Shown here: piece by piece, positions 17,892 through 26,115 of the stretch
Layout of the letters: each line of letters opens with the position of its first letter
Numbering within the stretch: position 1 is the first letter of the stretch
Sequence record: SRR31156797_23686
DNA: 34,408 nt
Direction: 5' to 3' (one strand)
Position numbers and translations under genes: made by a program
Notes under the pieces: model-generated
Told to the model about the DNA's origin: nothing
Seen by the model: only the letters and a program-made list of their open reading frames with translations
The model's database searches: none

Positions 17892-19076
17892 TTAAAGATT
17901 TTGAATAAAATCCTCAGTAAATTCTTTCATCTCTTTTCTGCTGCATTTAGAAGGCTTGAATCTAGTTCTAAACCCACTGCTTACTATATTCAGCCCAAGA
18001 GACTGCATACGCTCTGTAATCATTTTAACAGCTTCTCCTGACCATCCATAGCTGCCGAATGCCGCAGCATTTAGTCCCTTTTGCTTGAAAGCAGAGAAGT
18101 ATGTCAGCAGATTCCACACAGGCGCAAGAGCATCTCTGTTAAAAGTCGGTGAACCTATTAATACGCCATCAGCTTTATTAATTTCGTTTATTAATTCTTC
18201 AGTAGTATACTGGGTGATTTCTAGTAAACTGCTGTCTATATCGTTATCTTTAAGAGTATTATGAGCAATTTCCGCCAATTCCCTAGTATAGCCATACGCT
18301 GATACATATGCTACTACTACATGTTTCTTCTCGTTTTTATGGAGTATGTCCTCAGACCATTCATTGAAACGCTCTACAGTATCTTTTGCATTATTCATCA
18401 ATACAGGACCATGACTTGGACATATAATATTATATTCTAAATCTTCAATTTTCTTAATTGCATTTAATGAATGATTTTTGAAAGGACTGATTATTACATC
18501 AAAATAATACTTTTGAGCATCTAGGAATTCAGGGGTTAGTGTATCATCAAGAATATTTTCGCTGGCATAATGACATCCAAACATATCACCAGTTACAAGG
18601 GTCTTTTCCTCCTTGATATAGGTAAACATAGTGTCCGGCCAGTGTAGAAAAGGAGCCATTATAAACTCCAAGGTGATACCGCCTAAATCAATTGTATCTC
18701 TATCTTTTACAATCTGTTGAGTATAAGTTGTATTTGTTATTTCGCTTAGAAAATTCTGAGCAGACCTTGATGCGACTACTGTGGCATCGGGAGCATGATT
18801 TAGAAGTTCTTCCAATGAACCTGAATGATCAGGCTCAGTGTGGCTCATAACAATGTAGTCAATCTCGTTAAGAGGTACTACTTTTGCTAGATTCTCCAGA
18901 TATTCTTCACAAAATTTTAGCTTAACATTCTCAAATACTGCTGTTTTTTGTGCGCCCTTTACTATATATGCGTTGTATGAAGTACCATATTTGGTGTGCA
19001 TTATAATGTCGAATATACGCAGTTCAGGGTCGCTGGAACCAACATAAAAGATATTTTGTGTTATCTTTTCAGCCAT
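17892..19076 (-). CDS. fprA: Flavodiiron protein (A-type flavoprotein, O2/NO reductase family)
   Basis: GTSYNAY, HTEPDH, HWPD, GDMFGCH, PSHG, and a flavodoxin domain (FGSYGWSGE). The likely start is the ATG at 19076 (MAEKITQ), overlapping the rubredoxin stop. Confidence 0.93.
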   Translation of the reverse strand: MAEKITQNIFYVGSSDPELRIFDIIMHTKYGTSYNAYIVKGAQKTAVFENVKLKFCEEYLENLAKVVPLNEIDYIVMSHTEPDHSGSLEELLNHAPDATVVASRSAQNFLSEITNTTYTQQIVKDRDTIDLGGITLEFIMAPFLHWPDTMFTYIKEEKTLVTGDMFGCHYASENILDDTLTPEFLDAQKYYFDVIISPFKNHSLNAIKKIEDLEYNIICPSHGPVLMNNAKDTVERFNEWSEDILHKNEKKHVVVAYVSAYGYTRELAEIAHNTLKDNDIDSSLLEITQYTTEELINEINKADGVLIGSPTFNRDALAPVWNLLTYFSAFKQKGLNAAAFGSYGWSGEAVKMITERMQSLGLNIVSSGFRTRFKPSKCSRKEMKEFTEDFIQNL

Positions 19077-19210
19077 TATTCTGCCTCGAAAGCATCCTTG
19101 CCAGCACCGCATAGAGGACATTCATAATCCTCTGGCAGATCTGCAAACTTTACGCCTTCAGCTTCCTCGTCATAAACATAATCACAAATTGTACATACGT
19201 ATTTAGCCAT
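19076..19210 (-). CDS. Rubredoxin (44 aa; absent from the ORF track)
   Basis: Translates to [44 protein letters not shown] with two CxxC motifs. AAGGAG RBS and a TAATG overlap with fprA. Confidence 0.95.
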   Translation of the reverse strand: MAKYVCTICDYVYDEEAEGVKFADLPEDYECPLCGAGKDAFEAE

Positions 19211-19223
19211 AATATTACTCCTT

Positions 19224-19436
19224 TTAAATTGTATTATCTTCAAAAAACTCATTAAGTCTTTCGATTAACGCATCAGGGCTTTCACCGTGGGTAGCGCATG
19301 CTTGCTCAATGCTCTCAGATGTTGCCATTGGGCAGCCAAGACAATGCATACCAAATTCCATAAATACTGGTGCTACACGTGGGTCAAGCTGTAGTACTTG
19401 TCCTATGCTCATATCCTTTGTTACTTTAATTGCCAT
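19224..19436 (-). CDS. DUF1858 domain protein (hybrid-cluster-associated redox protein)
   Basis: [30 protein letters not shown], and an AAAGGA RBS. Confidence 0.9.
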   Translation of the reverse strand: MAIKVTKDMSIGQVLQLDPRVAPVFMEFGMHCLGCPMATSESIEQACATHGESPDALIERLNEFFEDNTI

Positions 19437-19451
19437 AATATATCCTTTCTT

Positions 19452-19517
19452 GCATAAGTTATGCTCTCTTATTTTCTTACTTTAGGGTATAATACCATAC
19501 TATTTTAGTAGGGTAAA
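19452..19517 (-). promoter_or_regulatory. Promoter and palindrome of the DUF1858-rubredoxin-fprA operon
   Basis: On the minus strand: TTTACC, 17 bp spacer, TG-n-TATTAT (19517..19489). Palindrome GCATAA-G-TTATGC at 19452-19464. Confidence 0.5.
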
Positions 19518-19571
19518 GAATTTTTTTGTAATTTTGTGATTTATTTAACTTATTATATGCAAATTGTTAGT

Positions 19572-20441
19572 TTATAGTCTTATGATATTAATAGCGCGTG
19601 GCAGAATTTTAGCATGCAATTTATCAGCAGCTGGAAGTATATCGCCATCAGCATTAATCTTTAGCTTAGCACCTTTAAAGTCTATTAATACTTCTTTTGC
19701 TGTATACATTGTTACTTCCTCTAATTCGGGGTGTTTTCCTACAACATATTTAGGCAGCAGATTCAAAATCCTGATAGTGTTTACAGGTTCAATAAGGCAT
19801 ACTTCCATCAAGCCGTCAGTCTTTTTTGCAGTAGGCAGAGGGTTCATTCCGCCGCCGTAGTGAGTTCCGCATCCAAGTGCCAAAAGCAAAATATCTTTCT
19901 CAATTACTTTATCGTCAATTGTTATTTTGGTGGGATATTTTTTTGCAAAGAATGCACCTTCTATTGCACCAAGTGTATATGCTGCACTTCCAAATATCTT
20001 GTAGTGCATTGCACGCCCCAGTACATCTACGTCAAAGCCTACTGAAGCAATGTTTAAGTATGTTTCATCATTAATCTTGAAAGCGTCGTAGGGCATGGCT
20101 TTGCCGTGTAGTATACATTCTACAGCATCATCTGTATTATCTGGAATATCAAATGATTTCCTGTAGTCATTTCCTGTTCCTGCTGGAATTATACCTAGAG
20201 CAGCATCGGTACCGATTAATCCTTTGCCAACTTCAGCTACCGTACCGTCACCACCGACTGCTATTATTATCTTTGCTCCTGAACTCACCAATTCACGTGC
20301 AATGTCTGTAGCATGTCCTGGTGATTTGGTCATGTGAATTGCGTATTCTACATTCCTTTTTTCGAATGCTTCTTGAATGCCGTCAATTAGCCTAAGTGCT
20401 TTGCCTTTGCCTGCTGTTGGATTTACAACTAGATGATACAT
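19572..20441 (-). CDS. Diacylglycerol/lipid kinase family protein (YegS/DgkB-like)
   Basis: VNPTAGKG, VGGDGTV.EV, IPAGTGND, YGGG, ADGD. The likely start is the ATG at 20441 after GAGGG. Confidence 0.92.
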   Translation of the reverse strand: MYHLVVNPTAGKGKALRLIDGIQEAFEKRNVEYAIHMTKSPGHATDIARELVSSGAKIIIAVGGDGTVAEVGKGLIGTDAALGIIPAGTGNDYRKSFDIPDNTDDAVECILHGKAMPYDAFKINDETYLNIASVGFDVDVLGRAMHYKIFGSAAYTLGAIEGAFFAKKYPTKITIDDKVIEKDILLLALGCGTHYGGGMNPLPTAKKTDGLMEVCLIEPVNTIRILNLLPKYVVGKHPELEEVTMYTAKEVLIDFKGAKLKINADGDILPAADKLHAKILPRAINIIRL

Positions 20442-20530
20442 ATTTCCCTCGCATAAAAAACAATATAAAGAGATTATATCACAAATTGAATGAAATAAGT
20501 ACACTGAATTTTAAAGTTATGAGAAGAATG

Positions 20531-20557
20531 AAAAACAGGCAGTCAATTGACTGCCTG
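20531..20557 (-). terminator. Intrinsic terminator of the lipoprotein gene
   Basis: Perfect palindrome CAGGCAGTCAATTGACTGCCTG followed by T5 on the minus strand. Confidence 0.8.
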
Positions 20558-20562
20558 ATGAG

Positions 20563-21546
20563 TTACTGCATTTCTAAATCTGGATTTATAACATCTACGA
20601 TGTCATCATCATCATCTAAGAATACTATCCATCTATCTAATGGCACATCTGCTGTGCTAACCAAAATCGCATTATTTGGTGTCACATTCATTGATTCTAA
20701 TAGTTCGTAATCGGGACGGTTAATAAATACCAGAGTATAGTAATCATTGTACCTTACCTCTGTAATAGATAAATCTCTTATAACACCAGTATCATCTGTT
20801 TCCCTAGCAACAATTAAATACTTTTCAGAGTCAAGGCTAGCTAATGCTCTGTTTGAATATATCTGAGCGTTGGTAGCATCATCCGCAGGTAGTTCGTCCT
20901 CATAAAATTCAAATTCTATATCCGTATTTTGAGACTCATCTTCTAGTTCAGTTTCGGGTACGTAGTACTCTAACTCTTCACTGGTAATGGAGGATATCAT
21001 TTCCTGTCTTGAAACAAAAGAGATAGCCAGTTCGTCTTTTGGTTCATATGCATTGTCTCTCTGCTCCTGCAATAGTGTAATTAATTCGTCGTCAGGCTTG
21101 TAGAAATCATAGTCTACATATGTTTGACTATCTTTTTCATCAATAGACTTTGTTACTCTGGAAAGCATATTGTTTCCGCCGCCGTCCAGATAGTAAAGTG
21201 TCAATACAGCATTTTCTTTATCAAGATGATACATATCAATTCTATACTCACACATGGCTTCTGCAGAAAATATATAGTTGGGACGTTCTTCATTTGATGA
21301 AACATATATACTGTTTAACAGTTCTATAAATTCGTTTGACGAACCTGAAATATTGGTATATATTCTGTCGCCTGTACCTCTAGTTTCGCTGATATATGAT
21401 ATATCAAGAGACCATTCAGTTACATTTTCAGGGGTGAGCCCAGCTTCGTCTATCATATCAGCCAAAGTCTGCTCCTTACAACCGGAAAGAAAAATTGCAG
21501 CTACAATACTTACAAATATTATTAATTTATTTATATTCAATTTCAT
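20563..21546 (-). CDS. Acidic hypothetical lipoprotein
   Basis: AGGAG RBS, signal peptide with lipobox LSGC, and a D/E-rich mature part. Confidence 0.85.
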   Translation of the reverse strand: MKLNINKLIIFVSIVAAIFLSGCKEQTLADMIDEAGLTPENVTEWSLDISYISETRGTGDRIYTNISGSSNEFIELLNSIYVSSNEERPNYIFSAEAMCEYRIDMYHLDKENAVLTLYYLDGGGNNMLSRVTKSIDEKDSQTYVDYDFYKPDDELITLLQEQRDNAYEPKDELAISFVSRQEMISSITSEELEYYVPETELEDESQNTDIEFEFYEDELPADDATNAQIYSNRALASLDSEKYLIVARETDDTGVIRDLSITEVRYNDYYTLVFINRPDYELLESMNVTPNNAILVSTADVPLDRWIVFLDDDDDIVDVINPDLEMQ

Positions 21547-21719
21547 TTATTATTAACTCCTAGTGCGCTTAAATTGGATTAAAGTATTTTTATTTCTTCT
21601 AAGTATATATTATACGTAAATTTTTTAAAAAGTAAAATGTTAATTAATATGAGATATACAATGTAATACTTCTTGAAAAAATAGGTAAGAGTAAATTTGT
21701 TAATGATTAGTAATTTGAT

Positions 21720-21749
21720 GCATGATTTCAATAATTAATGTAAAAACTA
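21720..21749 (+). promoter_or_regulatory. Possible SigF/SigG-type (forespore) promoter
   Basis: GCATG, 15 bp spacer, GTAAAAACTA; resembles GYATA-N15-GGnnAnAhTr. Confidence 0.35.
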
Positions 21750-21806
21750 CTTGAGAAACCTTTAAGGTATTTTTCTAAGCAAAATTTGTGAGCAAGGAGG
21801 AATAAC

Positions 21807-22049
21807 ATGAAAAGAAAAATATTGTTAGGCTTATCTATAATAGCTGTACTTAGTGCATTGCTTGTAGGTTGTGCTACAACAGAGCCTACAGCAACACCTA
21901 CGCCAACACCCAGAATAACAGCTTCACCCAATGTTACAGCAACTGTGGAAGTATCGCCTACTGTTGATGTTACCCAGAACATAACGACATCACCAGATGT
22001 AAGTCCTGATGTTACTGCTGATATGGAAACAGCGAAGCCTGCAGAATAA
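21807..22049 (+). CDS. Small Thr/Pro-rich lipoprotein
   Basis: AAGGAGG RBS, lipobox LVGC, and low-complexity PTATPTPTP / SPDV repeats. Confidence 0.85.
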   Translation: MKRKILLGLSIIAVLSALLVGCATTEPTATPTPTPRITASPNVTATVEVSPTVDVTQNITTSPDVSPDVTADMETAKPAE

Positions 22050-22347
22050 TAACGGCTTCAAACAAATGATTTATAGGGATGTTTAGCATACAATTATTAT
22101 ATTAAAGTATCTAAGGTCCCTATCATTTTCACAAAATAACCCTAATATCGTAAGAATATACTCATATTATTTATATTGATTGCCAGTATTTAGTTTTTTT
22201 GTTGGTTTCAGTGTTATATTATTAATCAAATGGTTTATATTATATTTAAGATTAGAAATAGTTATAAATATTACACCTATGTAGCTTTTGTTGATATGCA
22301 TTAATAGAGGTTAATTTATGCATAAAATTATAAGAGGAGCGTAGATT

Positions 22348-23844
22348 ATGTACAAATTGTTAATAGTAGAAGACGAAGATATCTTAAGAAATGGTTTAAT
22401 TGCTACCATTGATTGGACACATTTAGGCTTTCAAATAATTGGCTGCGGTAAGGATGGAGTCGATGGCTTAAACATAGCACTGGAGCAGCATGTTGATGTT
22501 GTATTGACAGATATCCGTATGCCTAGAATGACTGGATTGGAAATGGCAAAAAGGATTAAAGCGCAAAAGCCAAATGTGGAAATCGTACTTTTGTCTGGAT
22601 ATGATGAGTTTACATACGCAAAACAGGGTATGGATATTGGCGTTTTCAATTATATTATTAAGTTAAATATGTTTGATGAGATTGATAAGGTTTTTAGAAA
22701 GCTGAAAATGCATTTGGATACAACAAATGAGGATATTGTAAAGATTAATCAGCTAAGCAATATTAGATATCGTTCAAATATCAACAGCGCATTAGAAGGA
22801 AGAGCAACAGGCTGGCTTAGCAGAATGAATATCATGTGTGTTATTGTTTGCTATATAAAAGATAAGTTTTCCTACAAACATAACTTTGAAATAATGAAGG
22901 ACTTTATATATGGATATACTGTGTCCAGCGATAGATTTGTAGCTCTGTGTGCTGCAATAAATATGGATGAAGTGACTATGAGATCAAAGTGCATTTCTAT
23001 AGCCAGAGGTCTATCCAATATATCACTAAACAGAGATGTTGTAATCGGTGAATTTGTTGACAGTGAGGAGAGCCTTCCCTTACAGATTAAAAAGGCACAC
23101 AAACTATTGGATATAGCAGCTGTAAACGGTGGCAGAATGCCAACTATACTCTTGTCGAAAAAGGATTTGGACGGACACCTTGTGCAACCAAGTGATATTA
23201 CTTACAGTGATATGGCGGATCAAATTGATTTAAAACGATATACTAATTTCTTAAGTCTTACAAATACATGGATGGAAAATGCAATCTGTGCTGAAGATAT
23301 ATATTATATAGATGTACAGAAAATGGTAAGAAGACTGCTGTCAAAGGTGCAGGATGCTCTGCTGGAAGTTAATTCAGAATATATTGAAGTAATTGATAAG
23401 TACTTAAAAACTATGGATTATTACTCAATATTAAAGCTAAAAGATGATTTCAAAAAAATTGTTATGCCTGCATTAAATACGCTGCAAAAGATTAACTTTA
23501 ACCAATCAGGAGCAGCTATTGAAGAAGCGGTTAAATACATTAATAAAAATTTTGATAAGCAGATATCTACAAAGGAAATCGCAGATATGATTAATCTGTC
23601 AACTCCATATTTTTCTTCATCCTTTAAGAGAATTACCGGTATAAATTATTCAGACTATATCTGTAAACTTCGTATGGATAAGGCGTGTGAACTCCTGGTC
23701 TCTACAAAGCTTAAGGTATATGAAGTTTCTCATATGGTGGGGTATTTAGATGAAAAGCATTTCTCCAAAATGTTCTCCAAAAGATATCATATGACTCCTG
23801 CTACATACAGGAAAGTAAATACTAAGGTTTCGTTAATAGAATAG
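22348..23844 (+). CDS. Two-component response regulator, receiver plus AraC HTH (YesN-like)
   Basis: LLIVEDE, VLTDIRMP..GLE, LSGYDEF, and C-terminal YFSSSFK...VGYLDEKHFSKMF...TPATYR. Confidence 0.93.
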   Translation: MYKLLIVEDEDILRNGLIATIDWTHLGFQIIGCGKDGVDGLNIALEQHVDVVLTDIRMPRMTGLEMAKRIKAQKPNVEIVLLSGYDEFTYAKQGMDIGVFNYIIKLNMFDEIDKVFRKLKMHLDTTNEDIVKINQLSNIRYRSNINSALEGRATGWLSRMNIMCVIVCYIKDKFSYKHNFEIMKDFIYGYTVSSDRFVALCAAINMDEVTMRSKCISIARGLSNISLNRDVVIGEFVDSEESLPLQIKKAHKLLDIAAVNGGRMPTILLSKKDLDGHLVQPSDITYSDMADQIDLKRYTNFLSLTNTWMENAICAEDIYYIDVQKMVRRLLSKVQDALLEVNSEYIEVIDKYLKTMDYYSILKLKDDFKKIVMPALNTLQKINFNQSGAAIEEAVKYINKNFDKQISTKEIADMINLSTPYFSSSFKRITGINYSDYICKLRMDKACELLVSTKLKVYEVSHMVGYLDEKHFSKMFSKRYHMTPATYRKVNTKVSLIE

Positions 23845-24039
23845 CTTTCTGCAAATGCTTTCTGCTACATAATTAATACCAATTATAAAATGTAAAAATA
23901 TTATAAACATAGTGGGAATAATTAGTAATTATGGTGCATGCTATGATATTATAATTTGGTAGCACTTTTCTTAAGCTTCTCATCAAAAAGTTAAAGTGAT
24001 AAAGGGTATAACTTGCAAGTGCTATAAACAAATGTAGGG

Positions 24040-24678
24040 GTGTTTATTTTGGAACAGGGATTTACTATGTCGCTTGCACTGGCATTGTATGACTTTTTGC
24101 CTTGCATACTATATGCTATAGCATTGTTTTATTTATTAAAATTCACTAAACGAAATACAAATATTTTATTTATGTATTTAATGCTTATAGGTGCTGTAAT
24201 TGTAGAAATTGGTGCTTTATCAAAAGTGATTTGGAAGCTCCTGAATGCAATAGCTTATATTAATGTAATTGAATTAAGCGATAATGCTCTTTACTATATA
24301 GGAACAGGTACTGTGCTTATATTTATTAGTGTGATAGCTTTGTCAATAGTAGCACGAAAGGCATTAGCATTTCATAATTCAAGAATGTATTCTCTTCCGT
24401 TTTTTGTACCTACAATTATTATCCTAACTCTTTCAACGTGTGGATATCTGATACTTCTTATAATGATAGCATTTTCAAAGCGTGCGAGAGTGAGCGTTTA
24501 TATGTTTTCTTTTTATTTGGTTTTATCGCTTGTGATGGCTGCCTTTGCACCTAATGGTTCAGACATGATTGTTCATTGGATTAGTGAGAGCATTAATGTG
24601 GCAGGTACATTGGCATTTGCAATTGGGACCTATGCATTGGACAAGAAAGATAAAGCGGCTAAAGGACTAAAGGTTTGA
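24040..24678 (+). CDS. Hypothetical multi-pass membrane protein
   Basis: About 6 hydrophobic segments. The start may be the GTG at 24040 or the ATG at 24067. Confidence 0.8.
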   Translation: MFILEQGFTMSLALALYDFLPCILYAIALFYLLKFTKRNTNILFMYLMLIGAVIVEIGALSKVIWKLLNAIAYINVIELSDNALYYIGTGTVLIFISVIALSIVARKALAFHNSRMYSLPFFVPTIIILTLSTCGYLILLIMIAFSKRARVSVYMFSFYLVLSLVMAAFAPNGSDMIVHWISESINVAGTLAFAIGTYALDKKDKAAKGLKV

Positions 24679-24727
24679 TACTTGAAAAAAGATGTGATTA
24701 TTAGACGAATTGGACATATTTTTTGTA

Positions 24728-25225
24728 CTAATAAATGCTAATGCCTTCTATGTTTAGCAGAGTTCTTTTCATATTCAATCCTCCTCTATAGCCAACCAGA
24801 TTGTGCTTTGAGCCAATTACTCTGTGGCACGGGATAACAATTGGTAATGGATTTTTATTATTAGCCATTCCTACAGCACGATAGGCTCTTGGATTTTCAA
24901 TTACTTCTGCAATATCTTTGTATGTTCGGGTTTCGCCATATGGTATAGTAAGCAGAGTACGCCATACTTTTTCCTGAAATTCTGTGCTGCGCAATAGCAG
25001 TGTAGCATCAAATTCTCTTCGTTTTCCATCAAAGTATTCATTCAGCTGATTAAACAGATTATTTGACACACGAGTTCTGATATTCTCAGTTATTGCGATG
25101 TCAATATCTGTTATCTTGATAGTTGCTATTGAATCTCCGGCATGGTAAATAGCAATTTTGCCGATAGAAGTATTGTATAGTGCTCGATAAATCTGTGCAC
25201 TGCAGCTCGTAGTAATACTTATCAT
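24728..25225 (-). CDS. ogt: Methylated-DNA--protein-cysteine methyltransferase
   Basis: FQEKVW, IPYGETRTY, RAVG.A...NP, and the active-site IPCHRV. Confidence 0.95.
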   Translation of the reverse strand: MISITTSCSAQIYRALYNTSIGKIAIYHAGDSIATIKITDIDIAITENIRTRVSNNLFNQLNEYFDGKRREFDATLLLRSTEFQEKVWRTLLTIPYGETRTYKDIAEVIENPRAYRAVGMANNKNPLPIVIPCHRVIGSKHNLVGYRGGLNMKRTLLNIEGISIY

Positions 25226-25296
25226 TATCAGTTCCTCATCTTTATATTTATAATATCATATGGTAATTGTTTATACTATATTAGTTTGCTATTTGA

Positions 25297-25325
25297 TAGA
25301 CAAGTGCTCAAAAAAAGATTATACT
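25297..25325 (+). promoter_or_regulatory. Putative SigA promoter of the DUF554 gene
   Basis: TAGACA, 17 bp spacer, TATACT. Confidence 0.55.
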
Positions 25326-25348
25326 AGTAAAAATACTTGAGGTTAATT

Positions 25349-26050
25349 ATGTTAGGTACTATTGTAAATATTATTACCGTTGTGTTAGGTACTGCTATAG
25401 GCTGCATTCTTCATCACGGTCTTCCAAAAAAAATTCAGGATATTTTAATGACTGCTGTAGGATTGTGTACCATGATGATTGGTATTGCAAGCGGTATAGA
25501 GTCTGATAATCTGGTGCTGCTTATAGTCAGTGTAGCACTTGGAGCAGTTATTGGCAGATGGATAGGAATTGAAGAGAAGCTTGATGCTGTAGGTAAAAGG
25601 ATTGAAAATAGATTTTCAAATGGGAATGGCAGTAATAAGATTGCAAAAGGCTTTGTAACTGCTACATTGATATATTGCGTTGGAGCAATGACTATTTTAG
25701 GGTCAATTCAGTCAGGACTAACAAATAACCATGAAATACTATTCACCAAATCTATTCTAGATGGTATAGTCTCTGTAGTACTGGCGTCAACTCTTGGATT
25801 TGGTGTAGGTTTATCTGCTATATCCATACTTGTAATACAGGGCTCAATAACTGTGCTGGCATCATTCCTTCAGCCTCTTTTGACAGATGTAATAATGAAT
25901 GAAATATCTGCTGTTGGAGGCGTTCTAATATTAGGAATAGGATTTAACCTTTTAAATATCAAGAAAATACCTGTTGGTGATATGGTTCCTGCTATATTGA
26001 TACCTCCGGTATATTATTTGCTGATGGATTTGGTCAAGTCATTTTTCTGA
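25349..26050 (+). CDS. DUF554 (YdfK-like) membrane protein
   Basis: MLGTIVN, GFVTATLIYCVGAMTILGSI, L.TKSILDG. The ATG at 25349 follows GAGG. Confidence 0.93.
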   Translation: MLGTIVNIITVVLGTAIGCILHHGLPKKIQDILMTAVGLCTMMIGIASGIESDNLVLLIVSVALGAVIGRWIGIEEKLDAVGKRIENRFSNGNGSNKIAKGFVTATLIYCVGAMTILGSIQSGLTNNHEILFTKSILDGIVSVVLASTLGFGVGLSAISILVIQGSITVLASFLQPLLTDVIMNEISAVGGVLILGIGFNLLNIKKIPVGDMVPAILIPPVYYLLMDLVKSFF

Positions 26051-26115
26051 CAATAATAATTAATAGTTTCGCCAATCACTATGTGATATAATATAGATGA
26101 TTTACAGCGAAACAA

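Noticed and set aside
19077-19121. N-terminal extension of FprA given by the ORF track ([10 protein letters not shown]...)
   Set aside because: It overlaps the rubredoxin gene in another frame. The ATG at 19076 fits the family start.
23960-24024. CIRCE/HrcA operator
   Set aside because: The arms are 49 bp apart rather than 9, and no chaperone gene follows.
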